From NCBI GenBank assembly GCA_964016885.1, contig CAXHJY010000096.1:806001-870000 (forward strand): a stretch of 64,000 bases of DNA. Reading direction: 5' to 3'. This document shows, piece by piece, positions 1 to 12,409 of the stretch (position 1 is its first letter; every line of letters begins with the position of its first letter). The translations under genes were made by a program, and so were the position numbers. The notes beneath the pieces are model-generated. The model did no database searches. It was not told the DNA's origin and saw only the letters and a program-made list of their open reading frames with translations. Origin of the DNA: Eledone cirrhosa (lineage: Eukaryota).

Positions 1-389
1 GGAGATAATTTGTAAAAAAAATCAAGGGGAGATAATTTCCAGCCGTCCAAGGAGAGATAATTTTAAAAAAAATCAGGCGGAGATAATTTGTAAAAAAAAA
101 TCAGGGGGAGATAATTTGTAAAAAAAAATCAGGGGGAGATAATTTGTAAAAAAAAATCAGGGGGAGATAATTTGTAAAAAAAATCAGGAGATAATTTGTA
201 AAAAAAATCAAGGGGAGATAATTTCCAGCCGTCCAAGGAGAGATAATTTAAAAAAAAATCAGGCGGAGATAATTTGTAAAAAAAAATCAGGGGGAGATAA
301 TTTGTAAAAAAAAATCAGGGGGAGATAATTTGTAAAAAAAATCAAGGGGAGATAATTTCCAGCCGTCCAAGGGGAGATAATTTTCAGCC

Positions 390-3300
390 GTCCAAGGGGA
401 GATAATTTCCCGCCAGCCAAGGGAAGATAATATTCAAAAAAATCAGGCGGAGATAATTTGTAAAAAAAATCAGGGGGAGATAATTTGTAAAAAAATCAGG
501 GGGAGATAATTTGTAAAAAAAAAAATCAGGGGGAGATAATTTTTAAAAAAAATCAGGGGGAGATAATTTGTAAAAAAAAATCAGGGGTAGATAATTTGTA
601 AAAAAAAATCAGGGGGAGATAATTTGTAAAAAAAAATCAGGGGGAGATAATTTGTAAAAAAAATGAAAGGGGAGATAATATCCAGCCGTCCAAGGGGAGA
701 TAATTTCCAGCCGTCCAAGGGGAGATAATTTCCAGCCGTCCAAGGGGAGATAATTTCCATCCTTCCAAGGGGATATAATTTCCAGCCGTCCAAGGGGAGA
801 TAATTTCCATCCTTCCAAGGGGATATAATTTCCAGCCGTCCAAGGGGAGATAATTTTCAGCCGTCCAAGGAGAGGTAATTTCTAGCCGTCCAAGGAGAGA
901 TAATTTCCAGCCGTCCAAGGGGAGATAATTTCCAGCCGTCCAAGGGGAGATAATTTCCAGCCGTCCAAGGAGACATATTTTCCAGCCGTCCAAGGAGAGG
1001 TAATTCCTAGCCGTCCAAGGGGAGATAAATTCCAGCCTCCAAGGGGAGATAATTTCCAGCCAGCCAAGGGGAGATAATTTGTAAAAAAAATCAGGGGGAG
1101 ATAATTTGTAAAAAAAATCAGGGGGAGATAATTTGTAAAAAAAAATCAGGGGGAGATAATTTGTAAAAAATAATCAGGGGGAGATAATTTGTAAAAAAAA
1201 TCAAGGGGAGATAATTTCCAGCCGTCCAAGGGGAGATAATTTTCAGCCGTCCAAGGGGAGATAATTTCCCGCCAGCCAAGGGAAGATAATATTTTAAAAA
1301 ATTAGGCGGAGATAATTTGTAAAAAAAATCAGGGGGAGATAATTTGTAAAAAAATCAGGGGGAGATAATTTGTAAAAAAAATCAGGGGGAGATAATTTGT
1401 AAAAAAAATCAGGGGGAGATAATTTGTAAAAAAAATTCAGGGGGAGATAATTTGTAAAAAAAATCAAGGGGAGATAATTTCCAGCCGTCCAAGGGAAGAT
1501 AATTTCCAGCCCTCCAAGGGGCTATAATTTCCAGCGTCCAAGGGGAGATAATTTCCAGCCAGCGAAGGGGAGATAATTTTTTTTTAAAAATCATTGGGAG
1601 ATTTGTAAAAAAAATCAGGGGGAGATAATTTGTAAAAAAAATCAAGGGGAGATAATTTCCAGCCCTCCAAGGGGAGGTAATATCTAGCCGTCCAAGGGGA
1701 GATAATTTCCAGCCGTCCAAGGGGAGATAATTTCCAGCCGTCCAAGGGTAGATAATATCCAGCCGTCCAAGGACATATTTTCCAGCCGTCCAAGGAGAGG
1801 TAATTTCTAGCCGTCCAAGGGGAGATAAATTCCAGCCTCCAAGGTGAGATAATTTCCAGCCAGCCAAGGGGAGATAATTTGTAAAAAAATCAGGGGGAGA
1901 TAATTTGTAAAAAAAATCAGGGGGAGATAATTTGTAAAAAAAAATCAGGGGGAGATAATTTGTAAAAAAAATCAGGGGGAGATAATTTGTAAAAAAAAAT
2001 CAGGGGGAGATAATTTGTAAAAAAAATCAAGGGGAGATAATTTCCAGCCGTCCAAGGGGAGATAATTTCCCGCCAGCCAAGGGAAGATAATATTTAAAAA
2101 AATCAGGCGGAGATAATTTGTAAAAAAAATCAGGGGGAGATAATTTGTAAAAAAATCAGGGGGAGATAATTTGTAAAAAAAAAAATCAGGGGGAGATAAT
2201 TTTTAAAAAAAATCAGGGGGAGATAATTTGTAAAAAAAAATCAGGGGTAGATAATTTGTAAAAAAAAATCAGGGGGAGATAATTTGTAAAAAAAAATCAG
2301 GGGGAGATAATTTGTAAAAAAAATGAAAGGGGAGATAATATCCAGCCGTCCAAGGGGAGATAATTTCCAGCCGTCCAAGGGGAGATAATTTCCAGCCGTC
2401 CAAGGGGAGATAATTTCCATCCTTCCAAGGGGATATAATTTCCAGCCGTCCAAGGGGAGATAATTTCCATCCTTCCAAGGGGATATAATTTCCAGCCGTC
2501 CAAGGGGAGATAATTTTCAGCCGTCCAAGGAGAGGTAATTTCTAGCCGTCCAAGGAGAGATAATTTCCAGCCGTCCAAGGGGAGATAATTTCCAGCCGTC
2601 CAAGGGGAGATAATTTCCAGCCGTCCAAGGAGACATATTTTCCAGCCGTCCAAGGAGAGGTAATTCCTAGCCGTCCAAGGGGAGATAAATTCCAGCCTCC
2701 AAGGGGAGATAATTTCCAGCCAGCCAAGGGGAGATAATTTGTAAAAAAAATCAGGGGGAGATAATTTGTAAAAAAAATCAGGGGGAGATAATTTGTAAAA
2801 AAAAATCAGGGGGAGATAATTTGTAAAAAATAATCAGGGGGAGATAATTTGTAAAAAAAATCAAGGGGAGATAATTTCCAGCCGTCCAAGGGGAGATAAT
2901 TTTCAGCCGTCCAAGGGGAGATAATTTCCCGCCAGCCAAGGGAAGATAATATTTAAAAAAATTAGGCGGAGATAATTTGTAAAAAAAATCAGGGGGAGAT
3001 AATTTGTAAAAAAATCAGGGGGAGATAATTTGTAAAAAAAATCAGGGGGAGATAATTTGTAAAAAAAATCAGGGGGAGATAATTTGTAAAAAAAATTCAG
3101 GGGGAGATAATTTGTAAAAAAAATCAAGGGGAGATAATTTCCAGCCGTCCAAGGGAAGATAATTTCCAGCCCTCCAAGGGGCTATAATTTCCAGCGTCCA
3201 AGGGGAGATAATTTCCAGCCAGCGAAGGGGAGATAATTTTTTTTTAAAAATCATTGGGAGATTTGTAAAAAAAATCAGGGGGAGATAATTTGTAAAAAAA

Positions 3301-3840
3301 ATCAAGGGGAGATAATTTCCAGCCCTCCAAGGGGAGGTAATATCTAGCCGTCCAAGGGGAGATAATTTCCAGCCGTCCAAGGGGAGATAATTTCCAGCCG
3401 TCCAAGGGTAGATAATATCCAGCCGTCCAAGGACATATTTTCCAGCCGTCCAAGGAGAGGTAATTTCTAGCCGTCCAAGGGGAGATAAATTCCAGCCTCC
3501 AAGGTGAGATAATTTCCAGCCAGCCAAGGGGAGATAATTTGTAAAAAAATCAGGGGGAGATAATTTGTAAAAAAAATCAGGGGGAGATAATTTGTAAAAA
3601 AAAATCAGGGGGAGATAATTTGTAAAAAAAATCAGGGGGAGATAATTTGTAAAAAAAAATCAGGGGGAGATAATTTGTAAAAAAAATCAAGGGGAGATAA
3701 TTTCCAGCCGTCCAAGGGGAGATAATTTCCCGCCAGCCAAGGGAAGATAATATTTAAAAAAATCAGGCGGAGATAATTTGTAAAAAAAATCAGGGGGAGA
3801 TAATTTGTAAAAAAATCAGGGGGAGATAATTTGTAAAAAA
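390..3840. repeat. Tandem higher-order duplication, period 1660 bp (~2 copies)
   Basis: Identical ORF-track entries are offset by 1660 (581/2241, 637/2297, 1409/3069, 1584/3244). Both copies share the rare variants AAAATTCAG (~1433/~3093) and CCAGCCCTCCAAGGGGAGGT (~1659/~3319). Confidence 0.93.
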
Positions 3841-6800
3841 AAAATCAGGGGGAGATAATTTGTAAAAAAAATCAGGGGGAGATAATTTGTAAAAAAAAAT
3901 CAGGGGTAGATAAATTGTAAAAAAAAATCAGGGGGAGATAATTTGTAAAAAAAATCAGGGGGAGATAATTTGTAAAAAACATGAAAGGGGAGATAATATC
4001 CAGCCGTCCAAGGGGAGATAATTTCCAGCCGTCCAAGGGGAGATAATTTCCAGCCGTCCAAGGGGAGATAATTTCCATCCTTCCAAGGGGATATAATTTC
4101 CAGCCGTCCAAGGGGAGATAATTTCCCGCCAGCCAAGGGAAGATAATTTTTAAAAAAATCAGGCGGAGATTGTAAAAAAAATCAGGGGGGAGATAATTTG
4201 TAAAAAAATCAGGGGGAGATAATTTGTAAAAAAAAATCAGGGGGAGATAATTTGTAAAAAATAATCAGGGGGAGATAATTTGTAAAAAAAAATCAAGGGG
4301 AGATAATTTCCAGCCGTCCAAGGGGAGATAATTTCCCGCCAGCCAAGGGAAGATAATATTTAAAAAAATTAGGCGGAGATAATTTGTAAAAAAAATCAGG
4401 GGTAGATAATTTGTAAAAAAAAATCAGGGGGAGATAATTTGTAAAAAAAATCAAGGGGAGATAATTTCCAGCCGTCCAAGGGAAGATAATTTCCAGCCCT
4501 CCAAGGGGCTATAATTTCCAGCGTCCAAGGGGAGATAATTTCCAGCCAGCGAAGGGGAGATAATTTTTTAAAAAAAATCATTGGGAGATTTGTAAAAAAA
4601 AATCAGGGGGAGATAATTTGTAAAAAAAATCAAGGGGAGATAATTTCCAGCCGTCCAAGGGGAGGTAATATCTAGCCGTCCAAGGGTAGATAATTTCCAG
4701 CCGTCCAACGGGAGATAATTTCCAGCCGTCCAAGGGTAGATAATATCCAGCCGCCCAAGGACATATTTTCCAGCCGTCCAAGGAGAGGTAATTTCTAGCC
4801 GTCCAAGGGGAGATAATTTCCAGCCGTCCAAGGGTAGATAATATCCAGCCGTCCAAGGACATATTTTCCAGCCGTCCAAGGAGAGGTAATTTCTAGCCGT
4901 CCAAGGGGAGATAAATTCCAGCCTCCAAGGGGAGATAATTTCCAGCCAGCCAAGGGGAGATAATTTGTAAAAAAATCAGGGGGAGATAATTTGTAAAAAA
5001 AATCAGGGGGAGATAATTTGTAAAAAAAAATCAGGGGGAGATAATTTGTAAAAAAAAATCAGGGGGAGATAATTTGCAAAAAAAATCAGAGGGAGATAAT
5101 TTGTAAAAAAAAATCAGGGGTAGATAATTTGTAAAAAAAAATCAGGGGGAGATAATTTGTAAAAAAAAATCAGGGGGAGATAATTTGTAAAAAAAATCAA
5201 GGGGAGATAATTTCCAGCCGTCCAAGGAGAGATAATTTTAAAAAAAATCAGGCGGAGATAATTTGTAAAAAAAAATCAGGGGGAGATAACTTGTAAAAAA
5301 AAATCAGGGGGAGATAATTTGTAAAAAAAAATCAGGGGGAGATAATTTGTAAAAAAAATCAGGAGGAGATAATTTGTAAAAATAATCAAGGGGAGATAAT
5401 TTCCAGCCGTCCAAGGAGAGATAATTTAAAAAAAAATCAGGCGGAGATAATTTGTAAAAAAAAATCAGGGGGAGATAATTTGTAAAAAAAAATCAGGGGG
5501 AGATAATTTGTAAAAAAAATCAAGGGGAGATAATTTCCAGCCGTCCAAGGGGAGATAATTTTCAGCCGTCCAAGGGGAGATAATTTCCCGCCAGCCAAGG
5601 GAAGATAATATTCAAAAAAATCAGGCGGAGATAATTTGTAAAAAAAATCAGGGGGAGATAATTTGTAAAAAAATCAGGGGGAGATAATTTGTAAAAAAAA
5701 AAATCAGGGGGAGATAATTTTTAAAAAAAATCAGGGGGAGATAATTTGTAAAAAAAAATCAGGGGTAGATAATTTGTAAAAAAAAATCAGGGGGAGATAA
5801 TTTGTAAAAAAAAATCAGGGGGAGATAATTTGTAAAAAAAATGAAAGGGGAGATAATTTCCAGCCGTCCAAGGGGAGATAATTTCCAGCCGTCCAAGGGG
5901 AGATAATTTCCAGCCGTCCAAGGGGAGATAATTTCCATCCTTCCAAGGGGATATAATTTCCAGCCGTCCAAGGGGAGATAATTTCCATCCTTCCAAGGGG
6001 ATATAATTTCCAGCCGTCCAAGGGGAGATAATTTTCAGCCGTCCAAGGAGAGGTAATTTCTAGCCGTCCAAGGAGAGATAATTTCCAGCCGTCCAAGGGG
6101 AGATAATTTCCAGCCGTCCAAGGGGAGATAATTTCCAGCCGTCCAAGGAGACATATTTTCCAGCCGTCCAAGGAGAGGTAATTCCTAGCCGTCCAAGGGG
6201 AGATAAATTCCAGCCTCCAAGGGGAGATAATTTCCAGCCAGCCAAGGGGAGATAATTTGTAAAAAAAATCAGGGGGAGATAATTTGTAAAAAAAATGAGG
6301 GGGAGATAATTTGTAAAAAAAAATCAGGGGGAGATAATTTGTAAAAAATAATCAGGGGGAGATAATTTGTAAAAAAAATCAAGGGGAGATAATTTCCAGC
6401 CGTCCAAGGGGAGATAATTTTCAGCCGTCCAAGGGGAGATAATTTCCCGCCAGCCAAGGGAAGATAATATTTAAAAAAATTAGGCGGAGATAATTTGTAA
6501 AGAAAATCAGGGGGAGATAATTTGTAAAAAAATCAGGGGGAGATAATTTGTAAAAAAAATCAGGGGGAGATAATTTGTAAAAAAAATCAGGGGGAGATAA
6601 TTTGTAAAAAAAAATCAGGGGGAGATAATTTGAAAAAAATATCAAGGGGAGATAATTTCCAGCCCTCCAAGGGGCTATAATTTCCAGCGTCCAAGGGGAG
6701 ATAATTTCCAGCCAGCGAAGGGGAGATAATTTTTTTTAAAAAATCATTGGGAGATTTGTAAAAAAAATCAGGGGGAGATAATTTGTAAAAAAAATCAAGG

Positions 6801-9800
6801 GGAGATAATTTCCAGCCGTCCAAGGGGAGGTAATATCTAGCCGTCCAAGGGGAGATAATTTCCAGCCGTCCAAGGGGAGATAATTTCCAGCCGTCCAAGG
6901 GTAGATAATATCCAGCCGTCCAAGGACATATTTTCCAGCCGTCCAAGGAGAGGTAATTTCTAGCCGTCCAAGGGGAGATAAATTCCAGCCTCCAAGGTGA
7001 GATAATTTCCAGCCAGCCAAGGGGAGATAATTTGTAAAAAAATCAGGGGGAGATAATTTGTAAAAAAAATCAGGGGGAGATAATTTGTAAAAAAAAATCA
7101 GGGGGAGATAATTTGTAAAAAAAATCAGGGGGAGATAATTTGTAAAAAAAAATCAGGGGGAGATAATTTGTAAAAAAAATCAAGGGGAGATAATTTCCAG
7201 CCGTCCAAGGGGAGATAATTTCCCGCCAGCCAAGGGAAGATAATATTTAAAAAAATCAGGCGGAGATAATTTGTAAAAAAATCAGGGGGAGATAATTTGT
7301 AAAAAAATCAGGGGGAGATAATTTGTAAAAAAAAAATCAGGGGGAGATAATTTGTAAAAAAAATCAGGGGGAGATAATTTGTAAAAAAAAATCAGGGGTA
7401 GATAAATTGTAAAAAAAAATCAGGGGGAGATAATTTGTAAAAAAAATCAGGGGGAGATAATTTGTAAAAAAAATGAAAGGGGAGATAATATCCAGCCGTC
7501 CAAGGGGAGATAATTTCCAGCCGTCCAAGGGGAGATAATTTCCAGCCGTCCAAGGGGAGATAATTTCCATCCTTCCAAGGGGATATAATTTCCAGCCGTC
7601 CAAGGGGAGATAATTTCCCGCCAGCCAAGGGAAGATAATTTTTAAAAAAATCAGGCGGAGATTGTAAAAAAAATCAGGGGGGAGATAATTTGTAAAAAAA
7701 TCAGGGGGAGATAATTTGTAAAAAAAAATCAGGGGGAGATAATTTGTAAAAAATAATCAGGGGGAGATAATTTGTAAAAAAAAATCAAGGGGAGATAATA
7801 TCCAGCCGTCCAAGGGGAGATAATTTCCCGCCAGCCAAGGGAAGATAATATTTAAAAAAATTAGGCGGAGATAATTTGTAAAAAAAATCAGGGGGAGATA
7901 ATTTGTAAAAAAATCAGGGGGAGATAATTTGTAAAAAAAATCAGGGGGAGATAATTTGTAAAAAAAATCATGGGGAGATAATTTGTAAAAAAAAATCAGG
8001 GGTAGATAATTTGTAAAAAAAAATCAGGGGGAGATAATTTGTAAAAAAAAATCAGGGGGAGATAATTTGTAAAAAAAATCAAGGGGAGATAATTTCCAGC
8101 CGTCCAAGGGGAGATAATTTTCAGCTGTCCAAGGAGAGGTAATTTCTAGCCGTCCAAGGGGAGATAATTTCCAGCCGTCCAAGGGGAGGTAATTTCCAGC
8201 CGTCCAAGGGGAGATAATTTTAAAAAAAAAATCAGGCGGAGATAATTTGTAAAAAAAATCAAGGGGAGATAATTTGCAGCCGTCCAAGGGGAGATAATTT
8301 TCAGTCGTCCAAGGAGAGGTAATTTCTAGCCGTCCAAGGGGAGATAATTGCCAGCCGTCCAAGGGGAGATAATTTCCAGCCGTCCAAGGGGAGATAATTT
8401 TTTTTAAAAAATCAGGCGGAGATAATTTGTAAAAAAAATCAGGGGGAGATAATTTGTAAACAAAATCAGGGGGAGATAATTTGTAAAAAAAAATCAGGGG
8501 GAGATAATTTGTAAAAAAAATCATGGAGAGATAATTTCCAGCCGTCCAAGGTGAGATAATTTCCAGCCGTCCAAGGAGACATATTTTCCAGCCGTCCAAG
8601 GCGAGGTAATTTCTAGCCGTCCAAGGGGAGATAAATTCCAGCCTCCAAGGGGAGATAATTTCCAGCCAGCCAAGTGGAGATAATTTGTAAAAAAATCAGG
8701 GGGAGATAATTTGTAAAAAATATCAGGGAGATAATTTGTAAAAAAAAATCAGGGGGAGATAATTTGTAAAAAAAATCAGGGGGAGATAATTTGTAAAAAA
8801 AAATCAGGTGGAGATAATTTGTAAAAAAAATCAAGGGGAGATAATTTTCAGCCGTCCAAGGGGAGATAATTTCCCGCCAGCCATGGGAAGATAATATTTA
8901 AAAAAATCAGGCGGAGATAATTTGTAAAAAAAATCAGGGGGAGATAATTTGTAAAAAAATCAGGGGGAGATAATTTGTAAAAAAAAAATCAGGGGGAGAT
9001 AATTTGTAAAAAAAATCAGGGGGAGATAATTTGTAAAAAAAAATCAAGGGGAGATAATTTCCAGCCGTCCAAGGGGATATAATTTCCAGCCGTCCAAGGG
9101 GAGATAATTTCCATCCTTCCAAGGGGATATAATTTCCAGCCGTCCAAGGGGAGATAATTTCCCGCCAGCCAAGGGAAGATAATTTTTAAAAAAATCAGGC
9201 GGAGATTGTAAAAAAAATCAGGGGGGAGATAATTTGTAAAAAAATCAGGAGGAGATAATTTGTAAAAAATAATCAGGGGGAGATAATTTGTAAAAAAATT
9301 CAAGGGGAGATAATTTCCAGCCGTCCAAGGGGAGATAATTTCCCGCCAGCCAAGGGAAGATAATATTTAAAAAAATTAGGCGGAGATAATTTGTAAAAAA
9401 AATCAGGGGGAGATAATTTGTAAAAAAATCAAGGGGAGATAATTTGTAAAAAAAATCAGGGGGAGATAATTTGTAAAAAAAATCATGGGGAGATAATTTG
9501 TAAAAAAAAATCAGGGGTAGATAATTTGTAAAAAAAAATCAGGGGGAGATAATTTGTAAAAAAAAATCAGGGGGAGATAATTTGTAAAAAAAATCAAGGG
9601 GAGATAATATCCAGCCGTCCAAGGAGAGATAATTTTAAAAAAAAATGAGGCGGAGATAATTTGTAAAAAAAAAATCAGGGGGAGTTAATTTGTAAAGAAA
9701 AATGAGGGGGAGATAATTTGTAAAAAAAATCAAGGGGAGATAATTTCCAGCCGTCCAAGGGGAGATAATTTTCAGCCGTCCAAGGAGAGGTAATTTCTAG

Positions 9801-12409
9801 CCGTCCAAGGGGAGATAATTTCCAGCCGTCCAAGGGGAGGTAATTTCCAGCCGTCCAAGGGGAGATAAATTAAAAAAAAAATCAGGCGGAGATAATTTGT
9901 AAAAAAAATCAAGGGGAGATAATTTGCAGCCGTCCAATGGGAGATAATTTTCAGTCGTCCAAGGAGAGGTAATTTCTAGCCGTCCAAGGGGAGATAATTT
10001 CCAGCCGTCCAAGGGGAGATAATTTCCAGCCGTCCAAGGGGAGATAATTTTTTTTTAAAAATCAGGGGGAGATAATTTGTAAAAAAAATTAGGCGTAGAT
10101 AATTTGTAAAAAAAAATCAGGGGGAGATAATTTGTAAAAAAAAATCAGGGGGAGATAATTTGTTTAAAAAATCAAGGGGAGATAATTTGCAGCCGTCCAA
10201 GGGGAGATAATTTTCAGCCGTCCAAGGAGAGGTAATTTCTAGCCGTTCAAGGGGAGATAATTTCCAGCCGTCCAAGGGGAGATAATTTCCAGCCGTCCAA
10301 GGGGAGATAATTTTTTTTTAAAAATCAGGCGGACATAATTTGTAAAAAAAAATCAGGGGGAGATAATTCGTAAAAAAAAATCAGGGGGAGATAATTTGTA
10401 AAAAAAAATCAGGGGGAGATAATTTGTAAAAAAAATCAAGGGGAGATAATTTCCAGCCGTCCAAGGGAAGATAATTTCCAGCCCTCCAAGGGGCTATAAT
10501 TTCCAGCGTCCAAGGGGAGATAATTTCCAGCCAGCGAAGGGGAGATAATTTTTTAAAAAAAATCATTGGGAGATTTGTAAAAAAAATCAGGGGGAGATAA
10601 TTTGTAAAAAAAATCAAGGGGAGATAATTTCCAGCCGTCCAAGGGGAGGTAATATCTAGCCGTCCAAGGGTAGATAATTTCCAGCCGTCCAACGGGAGAT
10701 AATTTCCAGCCGTCCAAGGGTAGATAATATCCAGCCGCCCAAGGACATATTTTCCAGCCGTCCAAGGAGAGGTAATTTCTAGCCGTCCAAGGGGAGATAA
10801 TTTCCAGCCGTCCAAGGGTAGATAATATCCAGCCGTCCAAGGACATATTTTCCAGCCGTCCAAGGAGAGGTAATTTCTAGCCGTCCAAGGGGAGATAAAT
10901 TCCAGCCTCCAAGGGGAGATAATTTCCAGCCAGCCAAGGGGAGATAATTTGTAAAAAAATCAGGGGGAGATAATTTGTAAAAAAAATCAGGGGGAGATAA
11001 TTTGTAAAAAAAAATCAGGGGGAGATAATTTGTAAAAAAAAATCAGGGGGAGATAATTTGCAAAAAAAATCAGGGGGAGATAATTTGTAAAAAAAAATCA
11101 GGGGTAGATAATTTGTAAAAAAAAATCAGGGGGAGATAATTTGTAAAAAAAAATCAGGGGGAGATAATTTGTAAAAAAAATCAAGGGGAGATAATTTCCA
11201 GCCGTCCAAGGAGAGATAATTTAAAAAAAAATCAGGCGGAGATAATTTGTAAAAAAAAATCAGGGGGAGATAATTTGTAAAAAAAAATCAGGGGGAGATA
11301 ATTTGTAAAAAAAAATCAGGGGGAGATAATTTGTAAAAAAAAATCAGGAGGAGATAATTTGTAAAAAAAATCAAGGGGAGATAATTTCCAGCCGTCCAAG
11401 GAGAGATAATTTAAAAAAAAATCAGGCGGAGATAATTTGTAAAAAAAAATCAGGGGGAGATAATTTGTAAAAAAAAATCAGGGGGAGATAATTTGTAAAA
11501 AAAATCAAGGGGAGATAATTTCCAGCCGTCCAAGGGGAGATAATTTTCAGCCGTCCAAGGGGAGATAATTTCCCGCCAGCCAAGGGAAGATAATATTCAA
11601 AAAAATCAGGCGGAGATAATTTGTAAAAAAAATCAGGGGGAGATAATTTGTAAAAAAATCAGGGGGAGATAATTTGTAAAAAAAAAAATCAGGGGGAGAT
11701 AATTTTTAAAAAAAATCAGGGGGAGATAATTTGTAAAAAAAAATCAGGGGTAGATAATTTGTAAAAAAAAATCAGGGGGAGATAATTTGTAAAAAAAAAT
11801 CAGGGGGAGATAATTTGTAAAAAAAATGAAAGGGGAGATAATATCCAGCCGTCCAAGGGGAGATAATTTCCAGCCGTCCAAGGGGAGATAATTTCCAGCC
11901 GTCCAAGGGGAGATAATTTCCATCCTTCCAAGGGGATATAATTTCCAGCCGTCCAAGGGGAGATAATTTCCATCCTTCCAAGGGGATATAATTTCCAGCC
12001 GTCCAAGGGGAGATAATTTTCAGCCGTCCAAGGAGAGGTAATTTCTAGCCGTCCAAGGAGAGATAATTTCCAGCCGTCCAAGGGGAGATGATTTCCAGCC
12101 GTCCAAGGGGAGATAATTTCCAGCCGTCCAAGGAGACATATTTTCCAGCCGTCCAAGGAGAGGTAATTCCTAGCCGTCCAAGGGGAGATAAATTCCAGCC
12201 TCCAAGGGGAGATAATTTCCAGCCAGCCAAGGGGAGATAATTTGTAAAAAAAATCAGGGGGAGATAATTTGTAAAAAAAATCAGGGGGAGATAATTTGTA
12301 AAAAAAAATCAGGGGGAGATAATTTGTAAAAAATAATCAGGGGGAGATAATTTGTAAAAAAAATCAAGGGGAGATAATTTCCAGCCGTCCAAGGGGAGAT
12401 AATTTTCAG

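Noticed and set aside
664-1080. NF-kB/Rel-like site in the B monomer (GGGG..AATTTCC)
   Set aside because: The spacing between the G run and TTCC is longer than in the 10-bp GGGRNNYYCC consensus, so it is not a real match.
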